Assembly: GCA_963816145.1 (NCBI GenBank) | Contig: CAWFJP010000011.1 | Coordinates: 160,001-224,000, forward strand | Length of the DNA: 64,000 bases | Direction: 5' to 3' | From: an uncultured delta proteobacterium | GTDB taxonomy: Bacteria; Desulfobacterota; Binatia; UBA9968 | Shown here: in pieces, positions 1 to 10,789 of the stretch | Layout: each line of letters starts with the position of its first letter | Numbering within the stretch: the stretch's first letter is position 1 | Notes under the pieces: model-generated | What the model was told of the DNA's origin: nothing | The model's input: the letters and a program-made list of their open reading frames with translations, nothing else | Databases searched by the model: none | Program-made: the position numbers and the translations under genes

Positions 1-224
1 ACACAGACCAATGGCGGAAACAGTTTTTGCTCCAGCGCCTCTTCGGTCAAGTCTTCGGGCAAAGGCCAGGATAACCCAGCCTTCTCGGCCCGCTGTTGAT
101 AGTTGGTGACGGTGCTGCGGCTCAAGTTTAAGCTCAGCGCCACCTGCCGCGTGTTCAGATGAGCGTCGTGGGTCAGACGCAGAACATCTCTGATCTTACG
201 CATGGATAACCTCGTGTTGGCCAT
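1..224 (-). CDS. istA: IS21-family transposase IstA, N-terminus (runs off window)
   Basis: Manual translation from ATG at 224 gives MANTRLSMRKIRDVLRLTHDAHLNTRQVALSLNLSRSTVTNYQQRAEKAGLSWPLPEDLTEEALEQKLFPP, a typical IstA HTH N-terminus. Confidence 0.9.
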   Translation of the reverse strand, partial: MANTRLSMRKIRDVLRLTHDAHLNTRQVALSLNLSRSTVTNYQQRAEKAGLSWPLPEDLTEEALEQKLFPPLVC

Positions 225-299
225 TGAACCCCCTGGTTTTTGACCAGGGAGGATAACAGCCCTGTTATCCAGCGTCGCTTGGTTTAGCTTACCCTAAAC

Positions 300-395
300 A
301 GGGGTGCCGATTTGCTTCGGAACCAGTGCCGATTTCGATCGGAACGAGTGTCGTTTTGCCAGCGGATTGGGTGCCGTTTTGGATCGGAATATGCG
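300..395 (-). mobile_element. IS21-family terminal region with internal direct repeats
   Basis: About four ~22-nt imperfect repeats (GTGCCGATTT...CGGAA) upstream of istA, ending at ...CGGAATATGC. Confidence 0.75.
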
Positions 396-918
396 TCGAA
401 CCGCACGACCGCTTGAATGTCGTGCGAAAACCAACCGCGACTAAGCGCTAACCAGCCACCAGAGTCCAACAAAAACACGCCCCTGTACTATTCACCACGG
501 CAGTTCTCGGCGCGTATTGCTTCACGTACACGGACAACGGGTGGACACCAGTGATTATCTGCCTAGTGAAGCTAAAGCAGTTGTATTGGAGTCAGCGATC
601 TCTGAGGCTAGGCCTAATGCGTGGCTGTGGCCCTGGGAATTTCCTGACAACATAAAGGGGGATAGCCGAAATTCTATCGGTCAAATCCGAACTGGTCCAG
701 AATGTATTTCCCTCAGTAATCTAATAGCAACACAATTTAGAGACGATTGCATCTCGAACCGGGCATCACTAACTCAATAGTGAATTGGATACGGATGGAG
801 CAATTGGTGCGGGCGGAAATTGATCCGCAAGTTTTATCTCGATTCGTCGTAAAGGTTCCGTACCATTCCTTGGCCAATAGTCTCGTGGGACAAATGACAG
901 GCAAATTTTGCTTACACA

Positions 919-3855
919 CTAGGTCAAGGTGAACTCGCCCTGTTTGAGTTGCTGAATCTCGTCTTTATTTTTTTCAATGGCAACTTTCATAGCTCTATAT
1001 CCGAGTTCACGGTATGCTTCGAACTGCTCCTCGGCGAAAAACTGATCTGCCGTTGTTTGGTTTGGAAATGTCCTATGTTGACGCGCATAACCTAGGACAT
1101 CCTCAGACAAACCGGGGAATAGTGTGCTTTTAAGATAAATCACCGTCCCTAGATCATTCCTTTCTCGATTGTACACAATTTGTCCCACCGAGAAGGAAGA
1201 ATCAGATAATTCAATTCGGTCCTTCGTGTCCTGCTTGGGTTTTTCCCTCAGCTTGTTAGATGCAGATTCATTTGGAGAAAGACTATTCGTATTAACATTA
1301 ATATCAAAGCCGAAATCTACGCGGACTCGTTCGGTTGCCTTTGCTAGATCAGAGAACGAATGTTGGGGATCCGCACCAGCGTCGCTGACAATTATTAGAC
1401 GACATTTGCGACGCGCAAGCTCGTACAGGCCCAAATTCTCGAAATGGCCCCCGTCGGACAAACGCACAAGACTCCATGTCTCTTTCGCTTGAGCACACAT
1501 TTCCTTGATCATTAGCAATAACCAGCTTTGCTGAATTTCTTCTCTTAACCATTCGAAAAGGACCTGTAAACGGGCCGGTAATTTGCTTCTCAACCAGTCA
1601 AAACCACGATGTTTGTCGTTTGGATTCTCGCACCAATACCCGAGTCGGGCATTCAGCCATGTCATTACAATGCGTAGCGGCCAAGACCGAGTCGCGCCGG
1701 TATTGGGATCAACAGCGGCACCCGAGATTGCAAGAGCAGTGGCCAATGTCATCCCAACAAACTTATCCTTTGATGTCGCCCAGCCCGTTGCCTTCGATCC
1801 CACAAACAGAGGTGAAAGAATAAAGCTCTCGCCACCGCGTAGACGACGTTTGTTGTCCTTGGAGCCAACGGTCACCAGATTTGTGTTAATGATATGATAT
1901 GGTGCTCCCGTTTTGCCGGCGTCTATCTCCGAAAGCCTTAAATTAGCAACCATCGATCCTTTCTCTGTTGCTTTAGTGAGATCCATGCGTTCATTGAATA
2001 GAAATGCTTCCACTAGACGGTTGCGATAGTATCTGTGCATAGATACATAGTTGACATCTGTCTTTGCAAGTCGGATGTAAAGCAATAACCATGCTATTAT
2101 CAACCACCAGCTAGGACTCAGCTCACCACCCCGCAAATATATCGCGCATCGGTATGTTAACAAAACAGCCGCGGTGATTAACAACACTAAACCGAAGCTT
2201 AACAATACGGCGACATAGCCCTTCCGCTCATTGTCGCGAGTCCTGCTGCGCCAACCGATAACGGTGGTAATCGCTCCGGTTATGGATACCGATGCTAGTA
2301 TCTTTCTGCCTATAATGGAGAGCGCTCCCTGATCGACTAAAAAGTAGTCTGCCAAAGGAACTGCGCCGATCAATGTAAACACCACGCCGAGACTGAGCAG
2401 CATGCCATGTTCGTTGGCAAAGAAACGATCACCGCCGAATTGTAGGCGGAACCTGCCGGTGGACAACACCGAGTAAAAAAAATAGTTGACCACCAATTTC
2501 AATATTAAAATCATCCCGATCGCGAAGAAAACGACAAAGACTGGCTGGTAATGCGTCAGGATCGGAACAATTGTGGCTTGTTTATCAAAATCAAAGAGCG
2601 AAGACGGCAGACTGACATAGATCAACCAAAATACGATAAACCAGGCGGCAATCTCAATGATCTCAATGAAGCAAGAGCTACTATTTTCGGGGGCGATAAT
2701 ACGTGCAATCAAGGTTGCGCCAACAATGATCAGTGGCACACACGACAAAGCTGGCAAAGAATATTTGATTGGAATCAAAACGTAGATTGAGCAAGCAACC
2801 AAAACCACTTCGGCAAACCCAATTATTGCTAGATATCTCGCAGTTCTGTCTTCTGAACCTGACAAACTTTCCCCCAGAAGCACACCAAGGACAATCATCG
2901 GTGGTAGCATCAGAAAAGCTAACGAATATTCCACCCATGGCCTGGCCATGCCGGGTCCGGTCGCCTCAAAGGCCGTTACACCCAACAGCAACCACAAGAG
3001 CATGCGGGTGGCGAAACTTAGTTCTGTATTTTGAGGGTCGATAAATCTTACATACCACCAGACAACTAGCATCGCTAAATACATGGTGAAGACCACAGGC
3101 CCATGGCTGTCTCGGAAATAGCTCAATAACGCTGGGGTCCAACTCGTCTTGGCTGTGAACACCCACATGAGGGAAAGGAGCGCCGGCACTAACAAAGAAA
3201 AATTCACAACGGCTCCACGTAGCAGTCCCGCCGCCAACGCCCAACGATTGAGACCGTCTCCAGGTGTCAGATAGGATGCATGTCGGCGAATCCATTCTAT
3301 TCGTCCAGCCGCATCATCTTTAGAATTCCGTTCAAATGGGAATCCACCCTTTAATTTTTCGAGACACCAGGTGAGCGAAGATCCGATGTAGCCACCGCCA
3401 GATACAGTGGACAGATAATCAATACATTCGAAAAATCCAGTATGGTAAAGAGCCTGAAGTACACCGAGGTTATATGCGGCGGAACGAATTCCACCCCCCG
3501 AGAGCGCAACTCCTATAAGCTTTTGGGGATGCGGATGTGAATTATATTGTAGGCACGCGCCACGAAACCATTTTACTAGTAGCTCTTTGCCTGCCTGCTC
3601 ATCAGTTTTGTTAAAAAGTTGCCCACGGGTAGTTTCATCAATTGCGGACCAGAATTCCTCTGTTTTTTCGTTTTCTTGACCAGCGCTCGAAAGCACCTTG
3701 TCTCGAAGTTGAATAAGCTGCGTTTTCAGTTGCGGTTGGATTTGATCGTCAATTTTTAACTGTCTAAGTAAGTGTTCCAGCAACACGCAATGACGTCGAA
3801 AACGGATTTGCCGCTCCTCCTCTACTTGTATTCTAAAAAAGTCTGAAGTTATCAT
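919..3855 (-). CDS. Patatin/cPLA2-like phospholipase with large polytopic membrane insert
   Basis: Motifs GVALSGGGIRSA (oxyanion hole), YLSTVSGGGY (nucleophile Ser) and LSDGGHFENLG (catalytic Asp), with many hydrophobic helices between them; 978 aa. Confidence 0.85.
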   Translation of the reverse strand: MITSDFFRIQVEEERQIRFRRHCVLLEHLLRQLKIDDQIQPQLKTQLIQLRDKVLSSAGQENEKTEEFWSAIDETTRGQLFNKTDEQAGKELLVKWFRGACLQYNSHPHPQKLIGVALSGGGIRSAAYNLGVLQALYHTGFFECIDYLSTVSGGGYIGSSLTWCLEKLKGGFPFERNSKDDAAGRIEWIRRHASYLTPGDGLNRWALAAGLLRGAVVNFSLLVPALLSLMWVFTAKTSWTPALLSYFRDSHGPVVFTMYLAMLVVWWYVRFIDPQNTELSFATRMLLWLLLGVTAFEATGPGMARPWVEYSLAFLMLPPMIVLGVLLGESLSGSEDRTARYLAIIGFAEVVLVACSIYVLIPIKYSLPALSCVPLIIVGATLIARIIAPENSSSCFIEIIEIAAWFIVFWLIYVSLPSSLFDFDKQATIVPILTHYQPVFVVFFAIGMILILKLVVNYFFYSVLSTGRFRLQFGGDRFFANEHGMLLSLGVVFTLIGAVPLADYFLVDQGALSIIGRKILASVSITGAITTVIGWRSRTRDNERKGYVAVLLSFGLVLLITAAVLLTYRCAIYLRGGELSPSWWLIIAWLLLYIRLAKTDVNYVSMHRYYRNRLVEAFLFNERMDLTKATEKGSMVANLRLSEIDAGKTGAPYHIINTNLVTVGSKDNKRRLRGGESFILSPLFVGSKATGWATSKDKFVGMTLATALAISGAAVDPNTGATRSWPLRIVMTWLNARLGYWCENPNDKHRGFDWLRSKLPARLQVLFEWLREEIQQSWLLLMIKEMCAQAKETWSLVRLSDGGHFENLGLYELARRKCRLIIVSDAGADPQHSFSDLAKATERVRVDFGFDINVNTNSLSPNESASNKLREKPKQDTKDRIELSDSSFSVGQIVYNRERNDLGTVIYLKSTLFPGLSEDVLGYARQHRTFPNQTTADQFFAEEQFEAYRELGYRAMKVAIEKNKDEIQQLKQGEFTLT

Positions 3856-4149
3856 CCGTTCGTAAACGCCAACAATTATTATGGTCGGATTCGAGATTCT
3901 TGCTGCTGCAATTTGCCGTCAATATGCGGCGAACAGGAGAAGTGAGTCAAGGAGAAAATAGCGTCGAAAGAAACACCGCCAGAACGCACCAAATCAAGCG
4001 AAGATAAACCTTTGACTAGCTTTGACCTCGATCACGCAGCCACGCGCTATGGCCAATCAAGGGAGGTAGAAGAATCCCTCTATAGTGCTTTTCATATCAA
4101 CAGCTCAAGCCCGAGAAGAGCTATTGCCAAGATATATACTGATGATTTC

Positions 4150-4478
4150 GTATCCATTTTCTTTCCCGCCACCCCAAGCCTACTAAACCTCTTATCGGCG
4201 CCAGTGGCGCGATCAGCGGCGTTCTCGGCGCGTTCTTAATCGCCAATCCACGAGCACGGATCACTTTGGTGCTCGATCCGACGCTGATCTTTTTCTTCCA
4301 CCGCATTACAGTTCGGCTTCCCGCCTGGTTTTTCTTGCTTGGCTGGTTTCTCCTTCAGCTCCTCTTTGCGCTGAACCCACAGGCGTCAAGTGTAGCCTTC
4401 TGGGCGCACGCCGGGGGATTTGTAATCGGAATCCTCTTTGCGGTCGCCATTTATCGATACGTCTCCACCGGAAAATGA
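4150..4478 (+). pseudogene. Rhomboid-family intramembrane protease, C-terminal remnant
   Basis: The frame of ORF 4266..4478 extends upstream to PLIGASGAISGVLGAF and contains VAFWAHAGGF. The N-terminal half is absent (in-frame stop near 4145). Confidence 0.8.
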
Positions 4479-4621
4479 GCATTTTAGGTACGCAACTTTG
4501 GTCCATTCATGACCCCACTGAGCTGCGTCATTCCTCTAGAATTCACAAGCCTACCGCAGGGGCGCGGAGAGTTTTCCGATCAGCTCCGACAACGTCTGCG
4601 GCAGAAGGGAAACTGTCGAAG

Positions 4622-4921
4622 ATGGAAAATTTACAAGTAACAAAGGACATCCACGGGCGGAGGAAAACCCAGACTCTTCCGGGTGAGATCTTAGACGTGT
4701 CAGCAGCCGCGTTATTTCTCGGCATCAGCGAAAAGGGCCTGAGAGCAAGGGTGGCGCGGAGAATGATCCCGTTCAAACGATGGGGCGGGCGGGTTTGTTT
4801 CCTGCGGGCCGAGCTTTTGGATTTTCTCCGTAGTCTCGACGGCTGCAGCGTTGACGAGGCGTTACAAAACGGTCGCGAACGAAGTTCAGATCCTGAGCAA
4901 GATCAACTGCAAACTACGTAA
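4622..4921 (+). CDS. Excisionase-like helix-turn-helix protein
   Basis: ILDVSAAALFLGISEKGLRARVARRMIPFKRWGGRVCFLRAELLDFL resembles HTH_17/MerR-like Xis; lies directly upstream of the integrase. Confidence 0.75.
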   Translation: MENLQVTKDIHGRRKTQTLPGEILDVSAAALFLGISEKGLRARVARRMIPFKRWGGRVCFLRAELLDFLRSLDGCSVDEALQNGRERSSDPEQDQLQTT

Positions 4922-4929
4922 AGGAGACG

Positions 4930-6012
4930 ATGACTTTGGCCCGGCGCGGCGACGGCATTTACATACGAGGTAAGACCTGGTGGTTGGATTTTCGCCACCA
5001 CGGCAAGCGCCATGCTGTCAGGCTCGGTAAAGGAATCAACAAGACAGTGGCTCGCGAGCTTGCCGGAATCAAGCGCGCTGAAATCCTGAAAGGCGAAGCT
5101 GGCATAGCGCAGAAGCGAACTCATTTGCCATTTGATAACGCCTGCGAGGATTTTATTTCCTGGGCGAAGGCGAACAAACGGCCCAAAACGATTCAATCGT
5201 ATCGATACTGTGTCGGGCAACTCAAACGTTCTTTTAGCGGCAAGACGTTGGGACAAATCCAGCCGTTCGCTATCGAAAAACACAAGAAAATGCGGGTCGA
5301 AGAAAACGCGTCGGTGTCAGTGAACCGTGAACTTGCCGTGTTAAAGGCGCTGTTCAACCGCTGCACCGCTTGGGGTAAGTATTCGGGACCAAACCCCGTC
5401 AAGGAGGTCAAACTTCTAAAGGAACCGAAGGGGCGGCTCAGATATCTGGATGATGAAGAGGAAGCAAATCTATTGCGTCACGCGAGAGAACCCTTACGAA
5501 CCATCATCTTGGTCGGCATTTACGCAGGCCTGCGTATTCAGGCCGAAGCGTTAACGCTAAAATGGGAGGACGTGGATTTTCGCAGAGGTTTTCTCACGGT
5601 TAAAGCGGCGTACGCCAAGTCGGGCGAAGGCAGAGCTGTGAATTTGAACTCGGTCCTAAAGGTCGCCTTATAGCAATTGAAGGACCGGACCCGCGGTGAA
5701 TACGTATTTTCGAAGCCAGACGGCTCGCCGTACAAAAGTATCCGGTCGGCGTTCAAAACTGCCTGCAAGCATTCTAAGTTATCCGGCGTCACTCCTCATA
5801 TCCTGCGCCATACATTTGCCAGCCGATCAGCGATGGCCGGCGTGGATGTGCGAACGATCCAGGAACTTGGGGGGTGGAAAGAACTTGAGATGTTACAACG
5901 ATACGCGCATTTGAGCCCAAATCATAAATCGGAAGCAGTCGAGAGGATTGCCAATCATTTCACAACGCTACTCACAACACCTATTTCCGCGCCCACCAAG
6001 CACGAGAGTTAA
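4930..6012 (+). pseudogene. Tyrosine recombinase/integrase with in-frame TAG at 5671-5673
   Basis: ORFs 4930..5673 and 5677..6012 are in the same frame. Catalytic motifs GLRxxE, HILRHTFAS, LGGW and RYAH are present. Confidence 0.9.
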
Positions 6013-6026
6013 GTTGTTGATTTCAC
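5731..6026 (+). repeat. 296-bp direct repeat, copy 1 (integrase 3' end)
   Basis: TACAAAAG...TAAGTTGTTGATTTCAC recurs with scattered substitutions at 8211-8506. Confidence 0.95.
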
Positions 6027-6306
6027 TTGACCTCTTCGACAATTGCTTCGCCGTCAGCTGGTGCTTTGCCAGCAAGTGGTCTAAGTTTAAAATCGCGGTT
6101 TATCGATGATGGCCTCCTCGCCCAACCCGATCCCGGCAAGTCGCCGCACCGACTCGATGTCCTATAACGAGTTTTGCATCTCGGGATTGTTTAACCCATA
6201 CCACTGCGGAAAAAAAGTAACACCCACACCGTCCGTTCCAATCGCATCGGTCGTGGTCCGCTCCCGGCTTTTAGGCGGTTATAAGGCTTGATCACAGAAG
6301 TGTTTT

Positions 6307-6332
6307 TGTATAGCGTATAGTGCAACTATACA
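6307..6332 (+). promoter_or_regulatory. Putative higBA operator palindrome overlapping the promoter
   Basis: TGTATAG-N12-CTATACA inverted repeat just upstream of higB. Confidence 0.6.
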
Positions 6333-6348
6333 GCCTAAAGAGCGGCGC

Positions 6349-6627
6349 GTGATTGAGAGCATAAAACACAAAGGACTTAAAAGGCTGTATGAGAAAAACG
6401 ACCGCAGCGGAATCCGGCCCGATCTGGTCGACAAGGTACAGAAGGTTTTGTCCGCCTTGGACGCGGCAGAAAGTCCACAAGACATGGTACTGCCGCTGTT
6501 TAGGTTTCACCCGCTGACAGGGAACCGGCGCGGCACCTACGCCGTTACCGTAAAGGCCAACTGGCGTATTACGTTTAGCTTTCGCCAAGGCGCTGCTTGC
6601 GACGTGGATTTAGAAGATTATCACTGA
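6349..6627 (+). CDS. higB: HigB/RelE-family (plasmid-killer type) toxin
   Basis: MIESIKHKGLKRLYE...FHPLTGNRRGTYAVTVKANWRITFSF...DLEDYH. Confidence 0.93.
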   Translation: MIESIKHKGLKRLYEKNDRSGIRPDLVDKVQKVLSALDAAESPQDMVLPLFRFHPLTGNRRGTYAVTVKANWRITFSFRQGAACDVDLEDYH

Positions 6628-6640
6628 CGGAGGGCAACCG

Positions 6641-6931
6641 ATGCCGATGAAAAAACCCAACCATCCTGGCGATCTTATTCGCGATTGTCTTGAAGAACTC
6701 AAAATTACGGTAACCGACGGGGCTAAGGCGCTCGGCGTGACGCGCGCAACGCTCTCCCGCATTCTGAACGCTAAGGCGAGCGTGTCCCCGGAAATGGCCG
6801 TACGTCTTGAAAAAGCGCTCGGCAGTTCGGCGGGCTTCTGGCTTCGGCTTCAGCTGAACTACGATTTGGCGCGGATACAGGCCCGAAGCGGAAAAATTCA
6901 CGTGCACCGTCTTGCCCCACAATCCCCCTAA
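6641..6931 (+). CDS. higA: HigA-family antitoxin (HTH)
   Basis: PNHPGDLIRD...AKALGVTRATLSRILNAKASVSPEMAVRLEKALGSSAGFWLRLQLNYDL. Confidence 0.93.
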   Translation: MPMKKPNHPGDLIRDCLEELKITVTDGAKALGVTRATLSRILNAKASVSPEMAVRLEKALGSSAGFWLRLQLNYDLARIQARSGKIHVHRLAPQSP

Positions 6932-7426
6932 CCCTTCCGATCAACGCCGCATAATATGCGATGCACCTCGTGCTCTGAGAAACCGGGAGCGAGGTTTTCC
7001 GCATAAAGGGCAAGTTTCATCATATTGAGGCGGGCACAGGCTTAAATTGATCCATTCTTTATCCCCATGGATAGTGAAAACCCGCAATGGTGCTGACATC
7101 GCCTTAGAGCTTCTTCTATTGGGAGCTGGCAGTCCGTCAGCACCGTCGGCCTCGGTAAATTTGTTCTGCATGTTTGAATTCAAGTTGAGTGTGCCGTTAC
7201 GTAATTACCCAATAGCGTCAGTTGTTCGTGATCCTCAGCAATGAAGAGAAGTTTGTTGCACAAGCCTTCGATCTGGTTTTTCCCCTCCGATCCACCTATC
7301 GTTGGGCTAGCTCAGCTGGCTCTGGCGGATTTTTCATGTTCGCCTTACTGCTCCAAGCGGAAGCAGTAAATTCCCGGATTAGAAGCCAGCCCGGCAGAAA
7401 TTGTTATTCACGAAGTCGAGGTTGCT

Positions 7427-8089
7427 ATGTGGATCACCAACATGACGCATTTTCTGGATGCGCAGGGAGCTGTGCCGAAACAGCTCACTTCCCGGCGTCT
7501 AGTCCAATATCTCGGCGCAATCGTTGCGAGTGTGACGACCGCACCGGTTCAATCTTCGTGTGCGGTTGATATTAAATGTCGGAGAAGGCCCGGCAGAAAA
7601 TCCTGCCCCGGGACCGTTGTGGCGGCTTTCGAAGCGGGCACCAACAATATCACGTGGCGTTGTTCAATTTGTGAAGCGGGTGGACTCATCCATCATTGGC
7701 AACGAACACCTTGGGACAAGGGGGGCCGACCTGAGTTGCCCACTATCACCCGTGTAACTTACCGGCATGGCCTCGTCGATGACGATGATCTTGAAGATCT
7801 GACTGGACTTGAAAGCGTGGTATTGGAAGGAGATGCGATTTCCAGGGAAATCGTTGTGGCCATTTACGATAACCAGCTTCTCGGCACTGCGGGTGAATAC
7901 GGTGATCCGCTCGTGGGTGATCCTCTGGAGTACGATGAATTGTCCATCGAGCACGCCAGCAGAACAACTAGGATAGAACTATACAATCGGGGCATCATGC
8001 TTCTCACTACCAACGAGGAGTTTTATAAGCGCGTGCACCGGGTCTGTGAAACGATTAGACATTTTAGCACTAACTCGAGCGGATTTTGA
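7427..8089 (+). CDS. Hypothetical protein with N-terminal Cys cluster (putative Zn-binding)
   Basis: RBS GAGG precedes the ATG; contains CRRRPGRKSCPG...WRCSIC...W. Confidence 0.65.
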   Translation: MWITNMTHFLDAQGAVPKQLTSRRLVQYLGAIVASVTTAPVQSSCAVDIKCRRRPGRKSCPGTVVAAFEAGTNNITWRCSICEAGGLIHHWQRTPWDKGGRPELPTITRVTYRHGLVDDDDLEDLTGLESVVLEGDAISREIVVAIYDNQLLGTAGEYGDPLVGDPLEYDELSIEHASRTTRIELYNRGIMLLTTNEEFYKRVHRVCETIRHFSTNSSGF

Positions 8090-8210
8090 TCTTCGGGAAC
8101 GCATTGTCACCGGGGAAAAATCGCGAGTGGGCAATAGGGATCGATCGATACCGTGACGTCCCGTTTGGGAACGCGATTGTCGGCAACATCCCTCGTCTTC
8201 CGTTTGAACC

Positions 8211-8506
8211 TACAAAAGCATCCGGTCGGCGTTTAAAACTGCCTGCAAGCATGCTAAGTTATCCGGCGTCACCCCTCATATCCTGCGCCATACGTTTGCC
8301 AGCCAATTAGCGATGGCTGGCGTGGATGTGCGAACGATCCAGGAACTTGGGGGGTGGAAAGAACTTGAGATGTTACAACGATACGCCCATTTGAGCCCAA
8401 ATCATAAATCCGAAGCTGTCGAGAAGATTGCCAATCATTTCACAACGCTATTCACAACACCTGTTTCTGCCCCCACCAAGCACGAGGGCTAAGTTGTTGA
8501 TTTCAC
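8211..8506 (+). repeat. 296-bp direct repeat, copy 2 (orphan integrase 3' fragment abutting tRNA)
   Basis: Near-identical to 5731-6026; ends 6 nt before the tRNA 5' end. Confidence 0.95.
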
Positions 8507-8512
8507 AGATAA

Positions 8513-8588
<76 letters not shown>

Positions 8589-8739
8589 GTCTTTATCGGG
8601 CTCGGCGAATTTAGCAGTGGAAAGTCGTTTGACAAGCCGTTTGAAGACCTGTTAACAAGGCGAAAAGTAACGAGGGCATGGATGCACGATCTCGCTGCCG
8701 CTAAGACCGTAAATCTAAGTAATAATTAGGAGGGAACAA

Positions 8740-9699
8740 ATGATTACAGCTAAAGAACTTAACGGTGTATTGGGCATGATGCCCGCCTTTGCCACTACGG
8801 ATGCAACCGATATTCGCGCGACGCAAACCATTGCGGTGGATAATCTGAAAGAAGGCGTCGACAAGATCATCAAGGACGGCGTCAACAATATCGCCACCAC
8901 CGGCACCTACGGCGAATGCTACAACTTACTGTTCGACGAATTTAAAACCTTGGCCGTCGCCACTGTCGATGCAGTGAAGAAACGCGTGCCGCTTTTCATC
9001 GGTGTGACGAGCCCCAATCCCCGCGAAGTCATCCAGAAAATGAACTTCGTCAAAGATCTCGGAGCGGAAGGTGTCTTACTTGGCGTACCCTATTACGAAA
9101 CCCTGCATGTTCACGACGCAGTGAAGTTTTACCATGACATCGCCGACCTTTTCCCGACGTTGAACATCGTCATTTACCACAACCCTGGGAATCATAAGTT
9201 CACGATTCCGGTGGCGGCCTTCAAGGAACTCGTTAAGAAATCAAATATCATTGGCATGAAAGACAGCCATCGCACCACCCAAGCTTTCATGAATCTGCAA
9301 AAGATCGTGCGGGGGAAAATTAGCGTGTTCGTCAATCAGACCCAGCTGTACCCCTACTATGCCATGGGCGCCGCGGGTTGCTGGTCGACGGAAGTTTGGA
9401 TGGGACCCTGGCCGGTCCTCTACCTCTTGGAACAAGCCCGCAACGGCGATGTCGCCAGAATGATCGAAGTGATTGACGATCTCGGCGGCATTGGCGCCGG
9501 CAAACCGGTTCCAGGAGCCGGCAACAAGCGGCCGCAGGAGTTCGCCGACTATTGCAAAGTTGGACCGACCCGAGTGCCGTTTGTGACATTCCCGGAAGCC
9601 GAGCTCGATAAAGCGCGCAGGCGTGCTGCCCACTGGATGGAACTCAACAAAAAATACCGGCCGCTGGTTGAAGCCCTACGCTCGCGCTCAGCCGCATAA
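8740..9699 (+). CDS. DHDPS/NAL-family aldolase, NahE-like hydratase-aldolase subgroup
   Basis: TTGTYGE motif, IYHNP and Schiff-base GMKDS; strong RBS AGGAGG. Confidence 0.8.
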   Translation: MITAKELNGVLGMMPAFATTDATDIRATQTIAVDNLKEGVDKIIKDGVNNIATTGTYGECYNLLFDEFKTLAVATVDAVKKRVPLFIGVTSPNPREVIQKMNFVKDLGAEGVLLGVPYYETLHVHDAVKFYHDIADLFPTLNIVIYHNPGNHKFTIPVAAFKELVKKSNIIGMKDSHRTTQAFMNLQKIVRGKISVFVNQTQLYPYYAMGAAGCWSTEVWMGPWPVLYLLEQARNGDVARMIEVIDDLGGIGAGKPVPGAGNKRPQEFADYCKVGPTRVPFVTFPEAELDKARRRAAHWMELNKKYRPLVEALRSRSAA

Positions 9700-9729
9700 C
9701 TCTAAAAGGACACTTGGAAATGTACTCAT

Positions 9730-9761
9730 AGCCCCCGGGCGAAAGCTCGGGGGCTTTTTTT
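9730..9761 (+). terminator. Rho-independent terminator
   Basis: AGCCCCCGGGC-GAAA-GCTCGGGGGCT followed by a T run. Confidence 0.9.
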
Positions 9762-9958
9762 GTGGCTCTGAATGGCAAGAAAGTCTCCATTCCAGACCGC
9801 CAGTAATCTGCCTACATCCGCTACTGTTCGCGGTTAAGCGATAGATTCAACACCAGTAGAGTTGCCCGCCGACGCTGCCAGTCAAACAAACTATTACTTG
9901 TAAAAAAATGCCTTGAACCTTATCATTACGACTCATTAGATCATTTCTGGAGGCTTTA

Positions 9959-10378
9959 ATGGGTTTATTTGCGGAACCGTGGTTGAGAGAAGCACGAGAC
10001 CATATCAAGTTGGTGTCGGACATTACTGCAGACAAGAATAATAACCCGGCTCAGTTCGATAAATTGGTGGAAGCAGTTGAAAAGGCCATTAAAGCTGCCC
10101 TCGTCGAGAATCACGGTAGCGTACCACGGCAGCTAGATCACCAGAATTTGGTTTCGATTTGCCAGGCTACAGGGGTCTGGGACGTGTTACCTCCAGCCTT
10201 ACAAGGTTTGGTTCAAGAGGTTCAATCATTTCGCGCTCCCACCAGATCGGCACCGCTTCAGCAATCCTCCGCGGAGCAATTGCAACGTTATTTCCTCGTT
10301 GCTCGTGGGTTGATCGACTATATGGAATTTCACATTATCGGTAATGATTCAGTATTAAAACGCCTGACCGTCGCTTGA
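9959..10378 (+). CDS. HEPN-like domain protein
   Basis: WLREARDH...AVEKAIKAAL...G..P...HQNLVSI resembles the HEPN consensus; RBS GGAGG. Confidence 0.55.
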   Translation: MGLFAEPWLREARDHIKLVSDITADKNNNPAQFDKLVEAVEKAIKAALVENHGSVPRQLDHQNLVSICQATGVWDVLPPALQGLVQEVQSFRAPTRSAPLQQSSAEQLQRYFLVARGLIDYMEFHIIGNDSVLKRLTVA

Positions 10379-10789
10379 GTCCAAATATTCCTCCGCCAAC
10401 CGGACCTCCTCAAGAGCAAATCTAAGAAGTATTTCACAATTCCTCGGGCTGCTGCGTTCCGGAAGGGCTGTCCCGGTCACGCACCAACATACTGGCCGAC
10501 ATGGCAACGAATGCCCGTCGCGCCCAGTTAACCCATCCTTCCCAACTGGCAGGGTAATCGATCTAAAAAACAAATAAAAACAACCCTCACAGTTAAAAGG
10601 TCTCCACTACATCGGGCATGATTTTGTTAGTGCACCCGTTGGCCGCCGGCAGTGATTCGGGGTGGCGGCTGGGGCGGCAAAGTGAGATTGAGTTGTTCTA
10701 ACTGTTGAACAAAACAAACAGGCCGAAGTCTTCGCGCCAAAAACTTTGGCCTGCATTGACCATTCGATTAGTTTGGTGCCATAGAACAG

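Noticed and set aside
400-918. Short ORFs between the IS21 end and the patatin gene, and at 6030-6290 and 6940-7420
   Set aside because: They have no RBS or recognisable motifs and are probably decayed island sequence.
5671-5673. Amber recoding (pyrrolysine or readthrough) at in-frame TAGs here and at 53550
   Set aside because: TAG is used as a normal stop in intact genes in the window, and both cases are in decaying island genes.
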